A stretch of DNA of 64,000 nt from Squalus acanthias (lineage: Eukaryota), in the NCBI GenBank assembly GCA_030390025.1, contig CM059432.1, forward strand, positions 75,146,001 to 75,210,000, given 5' to 3'. Below are positions 1 to 11,574 of the stretch, piece by piece (position 1 is the first letter of the stretch; each line of letters begins with the position of its first letter). Both the position numbers and the translations under genes were made by a program. The notes beneath the pieces are model-generated. The model had not been told where the DNA came from, did no database searches, and saw only the letters and a list, made by a program, of their open reading frames with translations.

Positions 1-2149
1 TTACCAAAAGCCAAACACTGTAGTGTTGAAAATAAAGAACAGTTTTAGGCAAACACAATCGCTCACAAGAATTAGCTGAGAAAATGCATTACTTTATACC
101 TATTTTGTTGATAACATTTCTGCTGATTATTTGGTGACGTGTGGAGAGCACTGGTGTCCAAATATATTTGTTAAGCAAGTCAGCTGTTTCTTACTCTGGC
201 CAAAATTCTTGTGCATTTATTATCTTGGCAAGAATTAGATTAATCTAATTAATGAAATTAAGAATTTCTACCACAAAGCCTACCTCTGAGCAAATAGGTT
301 TATATTGCAGTCATTGGGATGACCTTTGCAACAATTACATTTACTTATAAATTCTCAGCAGGAACAATGTCATAAAATATAGGGGACCGAGTGCTTTGAC
401 AAGAATTAGAAGCAGCTGAAAATTGCCAGTAATAAAATGGACAAAGTTGTGTGGCAGCAAAAATAATTTCATCACCTGAATTCCTTTTATGTATTCCATG
501 CACGCAACATGGTTGCTTCTTGTAAAAATGGACCTACTTTGTAGCTATTGTTCAAGTATATTCATCTAATTTTAAAATGAAGGGTGGTCTGCAGCAATTT
601 TGCATCAGTAGAGTGCAGGACAGGGCAAGGTATAAAAACCAATTCCTGTGCAGTCTTGCTATCAAACTAACATTTCTGGGAAATGTAAGCATAGGTGCAA
701 ACGGGAACATACAGTCTAATACCCAGGTTAAATGCTTCAGCTGACAGCAATCGGTCTGGGCATCTTCACAAACTTGAGGCTCAGACTTCTCATATGCAAA
801 AGCTGCCAATTGAAAATATTGTTAGAGGCATTTCTAATACAAAAACTGCTATTCTATAGGCAAGTTTAATAATTTTCTTATAAATATTGTAATTTGTATG
901 TCTTCATTTGTTCTAAACATTAATTTCTATTAGTAAGTGCTCAGCTCATCAATAAAAGCAAAATGGCAGCCAGGAAAATTTCCAAATATTTTAAGCAATT
1001 AATTGGCTTGCTGTTAGCTGACTGCTCTTTTTGATTCATAAATTTTTGAACATCAGGATTGGTAGTTTCCATTCTTCCTAAACACTTGCTGATTGGTACG
1101 TTCCCTACATGTTCAACTGAGATTTGTTGCCGACACCTGAAGTGTGCTAGAAAAAACAATAGGCTAGAGGCACAATAGATTAGATCTCTTGTGGCATTGT
1201 GCACAGTGAGTCATAGGATATATTGGAATAAAAATGGAACACTGATAGCTCACTACCCCAAGTTCTAACCTGTTTTCCAGCAGTGAGCTGATCAGAGGAT
1301 TATAGGAGGCTGGATAGAGGTGGCAATGAAAATGAGTGGGGGGGGGGGGGTGCGGTAAATGCTTCCAATGTCAAACTGGGGCACCGGGGGTGGTAAAGTA
1401 GAGAAAAGAATGATGGCAGGAGTAATTACAGGAAGTGTGGCGTGTATGCAAGACTTAATAAATTACTAGTGGTAGGCTTAAGGCCATACTACACAGGGCA
1501 GGGGCAGAGTAGGCCCAAAACTGAGCTGCTGCAGATGGATTGAGCTGAGACAACTACAAAAGATCTCCAGTACCTTAAATACCCAATAAACACAGCAAAC
1601 TACTCAAAAATTGGATGAGGAAAAAAAATGGTAGATGGACATGGGTGACTCAGACCACGGGGGCAGGAGGCCGACAACTGCAGCGTGACAGAAATAAGGT
1701 TTTCCCTGTTATAAACTGTTGACACAATGGCCTTGATTATAACCCCCTTCAACAGCAAGAATGGTACGTAGAAGGGGGGTCAACATGAGACCAAGTCTAC
1801 TTACCCACCTGGCGGCATCATAGCTTTAACTTTGAAGTCGGCCGAGAGACCGATGCATTTCCACGCTTGTATCAGCTGTAAAGGCCAGTGTCCAACGCTA
1901 ACTTTATGCCTAGGACTGTTCAGTTGGGTCCCTGGTCTCTTCCCAACCCGATTTCCTGCTCCCACCCACCAACCCCGACGTCAATCCTGCTGGTTTCGGG
2001 AGACACACTGCTGCATTATTTAAATGAGGCCCGGGAGTTAAAATGGCCTGGACCTCAGCATGAGGGATTTCCCTCCTGCATGCAACCCCGCTCGTCCCAA
2101 ACACCACCCTCCCCCACCACCCCAGGCTAAATTCGAGGCCATTAACTCA

Positions 2150-4033
2150 AGAGTTCTGCCATTATAAAATGTTGACAAAATGTGAGATTTAAAAATCCTG
2201 ACACTGGAAGTAAGTTTAATGTAGACAAGAAATATACACTATATAGAAGACTTTTAATATATTATAGGTACACTACCCCCTTGCACAATTACATCTGCAT
2301 GGCATTGCTCATGGTTAAGTCAAATGATACTGTTTTAGAAGGACAGGAATTTTATGCCGGAGAGGGACCATTTTTATAATAGAAATTTAATAGAAACGAT
2401 CCTGCTTTACAAAAAAAATTCAAATACTGCAGAGATTAGATAAACAAAGTTTCCTGTTCTAGTAAGACATTCATAAATTCTAAAGGATTAATTTAATCAT
2501 TCATGGCATCATTTTATTTCTCAATTACAGTGCAGGAAACCCATCTGAACAAGCTCATTCAGATCTTAAGGAGTCTGCAATTAGAGCAGTACGATCAGAT
2601 GATTTTGTTAAATCCAGAAAACAGTTGGAAGAAACAAATTCCAATAAAAAGTACTGGAGTTTTGATCCAAGCTGCACCATGAAAACGCAAGAATGATCTA
2701 CAATATTACTACCTCAATCTTCAATAGGCCGACTAAATTTTCCCACATTTTTCACACAACAATCAGTGTACAGGCCGTCATAAACTGGGCCCGAGGGCGT
2801 TAGAATCCTGGTTTTACCACTTCAACGAGAGAAAACTTTTGTAAATCCCACAACCAGGCAGCTTTGAAGATCGGCCCGTTCTGACTACACAGTTTTTAGC
2901 TTTTAATCAAGTTTACTTTTGGCATAAATTGACTCCTCAGGCAAGCAACTTGCATCTTAAAATCACATATCCAGGACTTATCCATTGATCTTCAGACAGC
3001 TAGACCTCCTCTTTTGGGGGAGAGGAAGAGAAGAGAACAACTGCCACAGTCTTCAGTCGAGGCCAATTTTATAAAGTTGGCCCCATCTCCAAAGTGGAAT
3101 CTGGGATGCAGTGAAAAACCAAGCATTTCTTTTTAATAAGGCCAAGGTTAAAATATTAGTCAGAGACCATGGTAAAGGAGAGAAAGAGACAGCACAAGCA
3201 GAAAGATTTAAATTTATTCAAATATTTTTCTGGCATTTCCTCTAGTTGTACAGAGTTATTATAGTGATAGACCATTTCAATAACGACTAATATTGGGGTT
3301 TGTTTCAGCATCAGCAAATAAATAAAAACATTTTTGAAAGTGCCAATCCAAAGAGCTCACATTCCCCTGCCTACCATTTAAACACAGCTTAAGGATTGAA
3401 GTTACAATGGAGGAATACGAGGAGCAACAAATCTTCATTACAGTACAGGCTGCAACTTAATTGAAAAACTGCAATTTATACAAACTAGGTTCTTTCAAAA
3501 AGCTAACATCTTAAGAAATTTAAAAAAGAGACAGATCACAGATGGCAAGATAAATTTTGCTTCATAAAAGGTGATGTTTTAATACGAACTGTACAAATTC
3601 ATACATTAACCCTAGAGGCAAGTTCACAAAATCAGAACCTATGGGGATGTTTTAATAATGAGAATGCAGTTTTAATTCACCACTTTAAAAAAAAATAGAA
3701 GCTACGAAAATCAGCTATAACTGGTACTACTATACTGATGAAATGCAATATTTCCTGTTCTATGTAGCAATTTTTCAGATTCACCATTTTCATTAGCTAT
3801 ACAAGAAGTGCTACCAAAATGCAGAAAACTAGTGTGGTTTAGCAAAACATATATTTTTAATCAGTTTAAATTGCTCAAGTTCAAGCGCCAAAGCACTACT
3901 GTGTGTAATTGCATCAGTTATACCAACAAGGTATGGTACACACTGTTGAGGAGATCTACTAGATTGCTGTCACAGTGCAGGTCCACAAAGGCAGTAGCTT
4001 GATCAATCTGTCTCTCACATTATGGGGATATAT
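2150..4033 (-). other. ASPH: Probable junctin 3' UTR
   Basis: AT-rich, TE-free stretch after the stop codon. Minus-strand AATAAA at 3213-3218 and 2513-2518, ATTAAA at 3651-3656 and 3578-3583. The true end cannot be determined from sequence alone. Confidence 0.5.
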
Positions 4034-4437
4034 TCATTTCTTATTCCCCTTCTTTTCCTTCTTAGTCTTAACCTCGAGAGACTTACTGGGTTCCTTTTTA
4101 TCTTTCACATGCACATGTTTTGCACCTCTGAGCTTCTCAAAAAACTTTTTAAACTTCTCTTTCAAGGACTCAGGTTTTTCCTTTGCTTTCACTTTCTCAA
4201 CCTTGTCTTTCTTTTCTTTTTCCGACCCCTTTTTCCTCATTTCAGGTTTGTTCACAGGCTTTTCTTTTTTCAGTTTCACCACTTTCAACTCTGCCTTTTC
4301 TTTCTTTGCTTTCTTAGACTTCTCTTCCTCAGCAGCTCTTATAGGTTTGGGTCTCTTAGCTTTCTTCTTTGTTTCAGCTTTCTTCTTTGTTTCAGCTTTC
4401 TCTTTTGCCTTTTTAAGCTCTCTCAATGCTTCCTTCA
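4034..4437 (-). CDS. ASPH: Junctin terminal exon, Lys/Glu-rich (KEKE-type) luminal tail (V)KEALRELKKAKEKAETKKK...KKEKKGNKK*
   Basis: Acceptor ttttgattttccttgaaatattaag|TG; 134-codon open frame ending TGA at 4034-4036. It begins VKE..ELKK.KEK like the recalled human junctin VKELTKEELKKEKEKPES. Confidence 0.9.
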
Positions 4438-4990
4438 CTTAATATTTCAAGGAAAATCAAAATAGATGAATGAAAAGCTGTACTTTTAGAAGGAACATTT
4501 TCGCTCTTTAGAAAAACAGCCTGGATTGCAGAGTTAAAGAGCTGCTTTACTCCATATATTACTGGGGGGGGAAACCATCAGAAGCCCATGAGTGTTCTCT
4601 ACCATACAACATTCCAAAAGTATTTTGAATTTAGAGATCATACTATGAATTACAAATACAGCATGAAAAAATCTGTAGGTACTGTATCATGGGAGGGATG
4701 GGGAAGGAGGTCTGACCTGGTATATAAAATGCTCCTTGCATTCAATTAGTTTACTAATAAACAAGCCAGTCAAACAGAGTTGTAGTTAAATTGAGTGCGG
4801 CAATATGAATTTTAGATTGGAAAAAGTATGCTACTAAACAGTCACTAGGATTTCAGCAAAGCTTAATGGTGCACGTGAAGTTTTCACACAATCACACTGA
4901 GCATGTCAATATCAAACAGCAAAATTGTAGATTTTGTCCTTTTGAGCTGTGCTCAAAGGATATTTTGAGCAGTATAGCCTAGGGACCAAG

Positions 4991-6885
4991 AAATTGAAAA
5001 AGGGAAAATGGAATATGAGCACAAACTAGCGAAAAATATAAAAACGGATTGTAAAAGCTTCTATAGGTATGTGAAAAGGAAAAGACTGGCAAAGGTAAAT
5101 GTAGGTCCTTTACAGTCAGACGGGAGAATTTATAATGGGGAATGAAGAAATGGCAGAGAAATTAAATAAATACTTTGTTTCTGTCTTCACGGAGGAAGAC
5201 ACAAAAAACCTCAAAAATGAGAAAACCGAGGGTGTGGCGAGAATGAGGAACTTAAAGAAATTATTAGTAGTAAAAAAACAGTACTAGCAAAATTAATGGG
5301 ACTAAAAGTCAATAAATCCCAAGGACCGGATGACCTACATCCTAAGGTTTTGAAAGAGGTGGCCATTGGGATAGTGGACGCATTGGTTGTCATCTTCTGA
5401 AATTCTGTAGATTCGGGAACGGTTCCTGCAGATTGAAAGATAGCAAATGTAACCCCGCTATTTAAGAAAGGAGGGAGAGAGAAAACGGGGAACTACAGAC
5501 CTGTTAGCCTCACATCAGTCGTTGGGAAAATGCTGGAATCTATTATAAAGGAGGCAATAACTGGGCACTTAGAAACTAATAGTAAGATTGGGCAGAGTCA
5601 ACATGGATTTATGAAAGGGAAATCCTGTTTGACAAACCTATTGGAGTTCTTTGAGGATGTAACTAGTGGAGTAGACAAAGGGGAACCGGTAGAGGTGGTG
5701 TATTTGAATTTTCAGAAGGCCTTCGATAAGGTCCCACACAAGAGGTTGGTGAACAAAATTAGGGCACATGGAATTGGGGGTAATATACTAGCATGGATTG
5801 AGAATTGGTTAACAGACAGAAAATAAAGAGTAGGGATAAACGGGTCTTTTTCAGGATGGCAGGCTGTGACTAGTGGAGTACCGCAAGGATCGGTGCTTGG
5901 GCCCCAGTTATTCACAATCTATATCAATGATTTGGATGAGGGGACTAAATGTAACATTTCAAAATTTGCTGATGATACAAAGCTAGGTGGCAGTGTCAGT
6001 TGCGAAGAGGATGTGAAGAGGCTTCAAGGGGATCTCGACAGGCTCAATGAGTGGGCGAGAACATGGCAGATGGAATATAATGTGGATAAATGTGAAGTTA
6101 TCCACTTTGGTAGAAAAAACAGAAAGGCAGAGTATTTCCTAAATGGTGAAAGATTGGGGAATGCAGATGCTCAAAGGGACCTGGGTGTCCTTGTACATGA
6201 GTCACTCAAAGTGAGTGAATGTGCAGGTGCAGCAAGCCATTAGGAAGGCAAATGGTATGCTGGCCTTCATTACAAGAGGATGAGAGTACAGGAGTAAAGA
6301 AGACTTACTTCAATTATATTAGGCCTTGGTGAGACCACACCTGGAGTACTATGTACAATTTTGGTCTCCTTACCTAAGGAAGGATACACTTGCCATTGAG
6401 GGAGTGCAACGAAGGTTCACGAGATTGATTCCTGGGATGGCAGGACTGTCGTAGGAGAAGAGATTGAGTAAACTAGGCCTGTATTCTCTTGAATTCAGAA
6501 GAATGAGGGGGGATCTCATTGAAGCATACAAAATTATTACAGGGCTTGATGTGGTGGATGCTGGGAGAATGTTTCCCTTGGCTGGGGAGTCTAGAACCAG
6601 GGGCCACAGCCTCGGGATAAAGGGTAGGCCATTCAGGACTGAGATGAGAAGAAATTTCTTCACAAAGGGTGGTGAATCTTTGGAATTCTCTACCCCAGAG
6701 GGCTGTGGAGGCTCAGTCATTGGGTATATTCAAAACAGAAGTCGATAGATTTCTGACTAGCAAGGGCATCAAGGGATATGGCGATAGGGCCAGTGAATGG
6801 AGTTGAGGCAGAAGATCAGCCATGATCTCATTGAATGGCGGAGCAGGCTCGAAGGGCCGAATGGCCTGCTCCTATTTATGTTCTT
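4991..6885 (+). mobile_element. CR1 LINE, 5'-truncated, disrupted ORF2 (reverse transcriptase)
   Basis: Motifs [35 protein letters not shown] and FADDTK; stops and frameshifts; CR1 3' hairpin and TATGTTCTT tail. Confidence 0.95.
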
Positions 6886-7587
6886 AGGACAGTACAATGG
6901 GAGAAATTTGAGGTGTTAAATTTAAAACTGCTTTTATATTGGTCTTTGCTCACATCTAGCAGAAATAAACCTGCTAGATTTTTTTGTTTAATATGAAAGA
7001 GTAGCCAGAAGACCTGTTCTTTCTCTTCCCCACCCCCACCTCACACCCCTGGATATTCCTAAAGCTAGTAATCTCGCTGCTCTAGCACACACTGATGTCA
7101 TCAGCATGCATTCATGCAATTACTGTCCCTGTAGCAACATAATGACACCACTCTGCAAACACACACTGGCCAAAATTCCATGGCTGGTTTGAGTAGGAAC
7201 AGAATGGCAGGCCTGTAGGAAGACCAGGTGCACATTAGGAAGGATCACACTTTAAAGCATCTTGGATTAAGTGTTTTTTTTTTTAAATATAGCATATTGT
7301 AATAAGCCGAGTGGCAACCCAGCTTAAGTTATCGAGATGACTTTCTCCTAAATTCTAGAACTAATGTTACAAGGTTCCTGCAAAATGCATGTAGCAAACA
7401 ATCCTGTATCATGATGCTGGTAAAGATACATTAACAATTGGAAACGGAAACATAAACACAACTCATGCAAAGTATTGCATTTAAATTGTCAAACTTCTCA
7501 ACAGGCACCTCTTCTCTCTCCAGCAGCTGGGTTTGTGCCTATTTAAAAAGATTTATTTTCCCATAAAGTAGTCCTCCAGACTCTGCT

Positions 7588-8412
7588 AGTCCAACACTCT
7601 CCTGGCTGTCCTCCTATCCTTTATAAACTTCAGCCCATTCCAGACACTTGAGCACATAATCTAGGCTGACACTTCAGTGCAGTACTGAGGGAGTGCTGCA
7701 CTGATGTAGTCGCCATGTTTTGGATGAGGAGTTAACCAAAGCCATTATCTGCTCTCTTAGGTGGGCGTAAAAGATTCCATGGCACTATTCGAAAAGATGT
7801 TGGGAAGTTTCTCCTGGTGTTCTGGACAATATTTCTCTCTCAACCAACATGACTAAAAAAATTATCTTGTCATTTACCTCATTGCTGTTTATGGGACCTT
7901 GCCATGTGCAAATTGGTTGCAACATTTCCCTACATTACAACAGTGATTTTACTTCAAAAGTACTTAATTGACTGTAAAGCACTTTGGCATGTCCTGCAGT
8001 AGTGATGGACGCTATGTAAAGGCAAGTTATTTTTTTTAAATCTTTCTTGCCTGTATCCTAACCCGCACCAAGTCCTGCCCACCCATTAACCCTGACCTAT
8101 GCAGGCTCACGGTTTCCCCAATGTCTCAATCTCTGTAATCTTCTCAAAAGCTACAACCTTCCTCTCAGAATTCTGACTCCAGCCACCTGTGCATTCCTCC
8201 ACTTCACACCTCCACTAGCAGTAGTGTTTTCAGCCACCTAGGCCCCACATTCAGGAATTTCCTCCCCGTCTTCCGTCAAGACTCTTCTCAAAATCCACTT
8301 TTTTTTTTAATCTTCCTAAAATTTCCCTCTGACTCGGGGTCCATTTTTTCCTTACGTCTCATTGGAGCATCTTGGGACGTTTCTCTGTTCAGAGCACTAT
8401 ACAAATTTAAGT
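7588..8412 (+). mobile_element. Decayed L2 LINE 3' fragment, split by the SINE
   Basis: Similar to the L2 at 33012-34259 (tccaacactctcctggct..., ctaacccgcaccaagtcc..., cttgggacgtt...gcactatacaaat). Confidence 0.65.
7641..8035 (+). mobile_element. Deu-domain SINE (SacSINE1/AmnSINE1-like) inserted into an L2 fragment
   Basis: Recognisable cagtgcagtactgagggagtgctgca...taaaagattccatggcactatt...caaattggttgc core and an L2-like tail gtaaagcactttgg...gctatgtaaaggcaag. Confidence 0.8.
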
Positions 8413-9049
8413 GGTCATTCATTCATGGAAGAACAAGATATTTGTTGATGAAACATTGGGAGTGGAGTGTCTTATCTATTTAAAGCACTTAGTATAATTA
8501 TACTACAATTGTGGGCGGTTTATTAGCAAGTCCAGTATCAGCATACTATGCTCTTAAAAATAAAAGTTGTCTATTATTTAAAGTAATGCCCTTCTCATTA
8601 CGTTCTTGGCTTCATTTGATTACTTTCTACAATCCTCTCAGTCCTCATTTTTGCCACGATTCTTTGTCCTGACACAAAGCTTTCCCTTTTATTTAATACC
8701 AGTCCTAACCTTTCCCATAGGCCATGATTACAACCATGGTTACAGCACTCCAGAATTACCTCCTTTGTTTTCTTGAGTGGATTCTACATCCAACTTGCAA
8801 TTTTCACTACCAATTGGCAGTGACACTCCATCTGTAAGCCTGTTTTTGAAGTAAACAGGCTGTATTGGGACCAGTAGATCAGTTGTTTTCAAAGTGCTGA
8901 TATTGCCTCCTCTTAATAAAAAAATGAAGTGTAGCACTTTACAAGTCGCCTGATCTGCAGGTCCATTCTCACACTATGCATGCCTGTCTGAACATTTGTA
9001 GCTCATTTGCCCCTGTATTCTAAAACTGGAACCACATGAAACTGCACAT

Positions 9050-10880
9050 AGAAGCTTACAACACAGAGGAGTAATTCAGCTCATTGTGTCTGTGCCAGCT
9101 TTTTAGGACAATTCATAACTAATCCCACTGGTCTGCTTTCTCCCCAAAGCCCTGTGTCTTCCTCTGCTTCATAGTTATTGAATTTTCCCTTAAATATGCA
9201 CTGGCTCTGCCTCAACCACTCCATGCGGCAAAGCATTCCATACTCCCATAACTTAAAAAAAAATTTAAAAATCACCTAACCTGCCCCTCACTCAGATACT
9301 TTTCCATTCATGACTCATCGCATACTAACCAGAGGAAATCATCTTTCCATATTCACCGAATCTAAACTCTTCCTAGTTTTAAAAACTTAATAAATCTCCT
9401 CCTAGCCATCTGTTTTCCAGCGGAAATAGTCCCAGTGTCTCAAGTTTCTCCTCGCTATAGTTTCTCATGCCTGGCCGTACTCTAGTCAATCTATGCAATG
9501 CAATACGCGCTCTATGGCCTAATTAATGCAATGTACAAATTTCTCTTTTTTTTTTGCTAATAATCTCTTGTTTGGAACCTTATCAAATACTTTCTGGAAG
9601 TACATATAGACATCAATAGACAACAACCTATCCACAATGTTAATGATGTTAAAAAATTCAACTACATTAGTCACATTAAATACCCTTCACAAATCCAAGC
9701 TGACTGATACTTGCCCATGTACTCAATCACTGTCTGATAGATTCCAGTAATTTCCTCACAATAGTGTTAAACTGACAAGTCTGTGGTTTCTCGCTCCCTT
9801 CCTTCTTAACTAACGGAGTGTCATTTGCAATTTTCCAATCCAAAAGCACAATACCTGAATCTACAGCGCTTTGGAAAATGACTAATGTATCTGCAATGTC
9901 CTCGCCTATTTCTTTTAATATCCTGGGGTGGAATCCATCAGGTACTGGAGATTTGTCAATCATAATTCCCATTATTTTCTTCATTACTTTTTTTCCCAAA
10001 AAAACTTGTATTAAATCTACTATGTCCCTCCCCTCGACTTATTTTTAGGTTCCCTTGTATTGCTGGTATTTTGTCCTCTTCCCAAGTACTAAATTAACAA
10101 GTCTACCATTTTCTTATTATCTATTTATAGTCTCACCTGTACCAGTCTTTCATGGACCCATATTCCCCTTTACCACTATCTTTGATGTATTTATATAAAG
10201 TTTTGCTGTTAGCTTTGATATCACTTGCAATTTTTTTTATATTCCCTTTTGCACTTACTACTTTCTTTGTATCGCTTTGTTGCTATTTATAGCTCACCCA
10301 TGTGCTGAATTTTCACTTTGTAGCATTTGTGTATGCCTTTTCTTTTAGCTTGATACGGTCTCTTACAGGTGAAGCTTTTGTTCTTTTAAGAGGCAAGTAC
10401 ACCCTTCAGCATCTTTCCATTAAATGTATACTCCCATTCCTCGATTTTCCTCCCAAAATTTATTACCTTATACTTAACCATTAAATTACATCTTCCACCA
10501 GTCTGTCAATTCCGCTAACCTACCCAAGGACTCTTGGAGTCCTCCTTTTGTTTGTCAAACCCCCTACATTTTATATATACCAAGATCAAAAGTGAACCCA
10601 GCACTGGCCCCTGGGGTATACCATTTCCAACCCTTCTTCTGTCCAAGCAACACGCATTTACTCTAACATGGTGACATACACATCAACCAACCTTCTATCA
10701 ATGCTTCTATTTCTTTTATACCATACATCTGAATTTTTGTAATAAGTCTCCTTTGATGCAACTTATCAAATGCCTTCGGAATATCCACATTTCCTCATCT
10801 ACTTCACATATCCAATTGGTCACTTCAAAAAAATCTATAGGACTAAGCAGATGCATTCGGTCACTCCCTTTGGCTCAAAA
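9050..10880 (-). mobile_element. Old decayed CR1 fragments
   Basis: Minus-strand ORF 9727-9999 DKSPVPDGFHPRILKE...DWKIAN; 3' end motif near 9050-9130; FDK and GVPQG remnants at 10480-10880. Confidence 0.75.
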
Positions 10881-11574
10881 GTTCCTGACAGCATGCTCAC
10901 ATCATCAAGATATATGCAACGTGCAAGTGAAAACAAAGGCGGCAATACAGTAAGCTAATATTTCTATTTGATGTCTTGTAAGCCTGCCTCCGCCTCCCCG
11001 ACATATCCTTGTCCTGAAAGAGTGTTTCCATATCCTTTGACCCACACTGCACAATGCCACAGGGGAATTGCATAACTAGACTAAATCTTTCTTCACTACA
11101 AAAAGCTATCAGTATTTGAAGAATAATCCCGTGGAACCCAGAAGCATCCATTTTGTTAAGTGAAGCAGATATGCTCAAAATACATTAAACTGTTTGCAAG
11201 CCATCAAAAAGAGAAGTCCATGCCAAAAATCAAATTTGTGATCTCTCAGAAAACAGACAGGTGCATGACTTGTTTCATGGAATTCACATTGCTCATATTT
11301 CATCATGTCCACTCACTTAATCAAAAACTGGATTCCATGAAGCAATTTGCTACACCAGTTTAAACCATAGGGAATACATCAAGGAGTACCGCACAAAGTA
11401 CTTACCTATCCGTTTACCAACCTTGGAAACTCGAGAGCAATTTCAAATTACACCATACAGTAACACACTATGAAAAGATGTTTATGTTCACCAGAATTCA
11501 TTCGAAGTTGTGCCATTATAAACTATAAAGCCACGATGGCAATTGTCAGCCCACGAATCCACATCACAAGATAA

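Noticed and set aside
1255..2143. GC-richer block that may be an old MITE (similar blocks at about 46467-46680 and 62385-62800)
   Set aside because: Only one plausible terminus or very degenerate TIRs, and no TSD, so boundaries cannot be supported.
3975..4465. Plus-strand Phe/Leu/Ser-rich ORFs of 155 and 147 aa that look like membrane proteins
   Set aside because: They are antisense shadows of the Lys/Glu-rich junctin exon.
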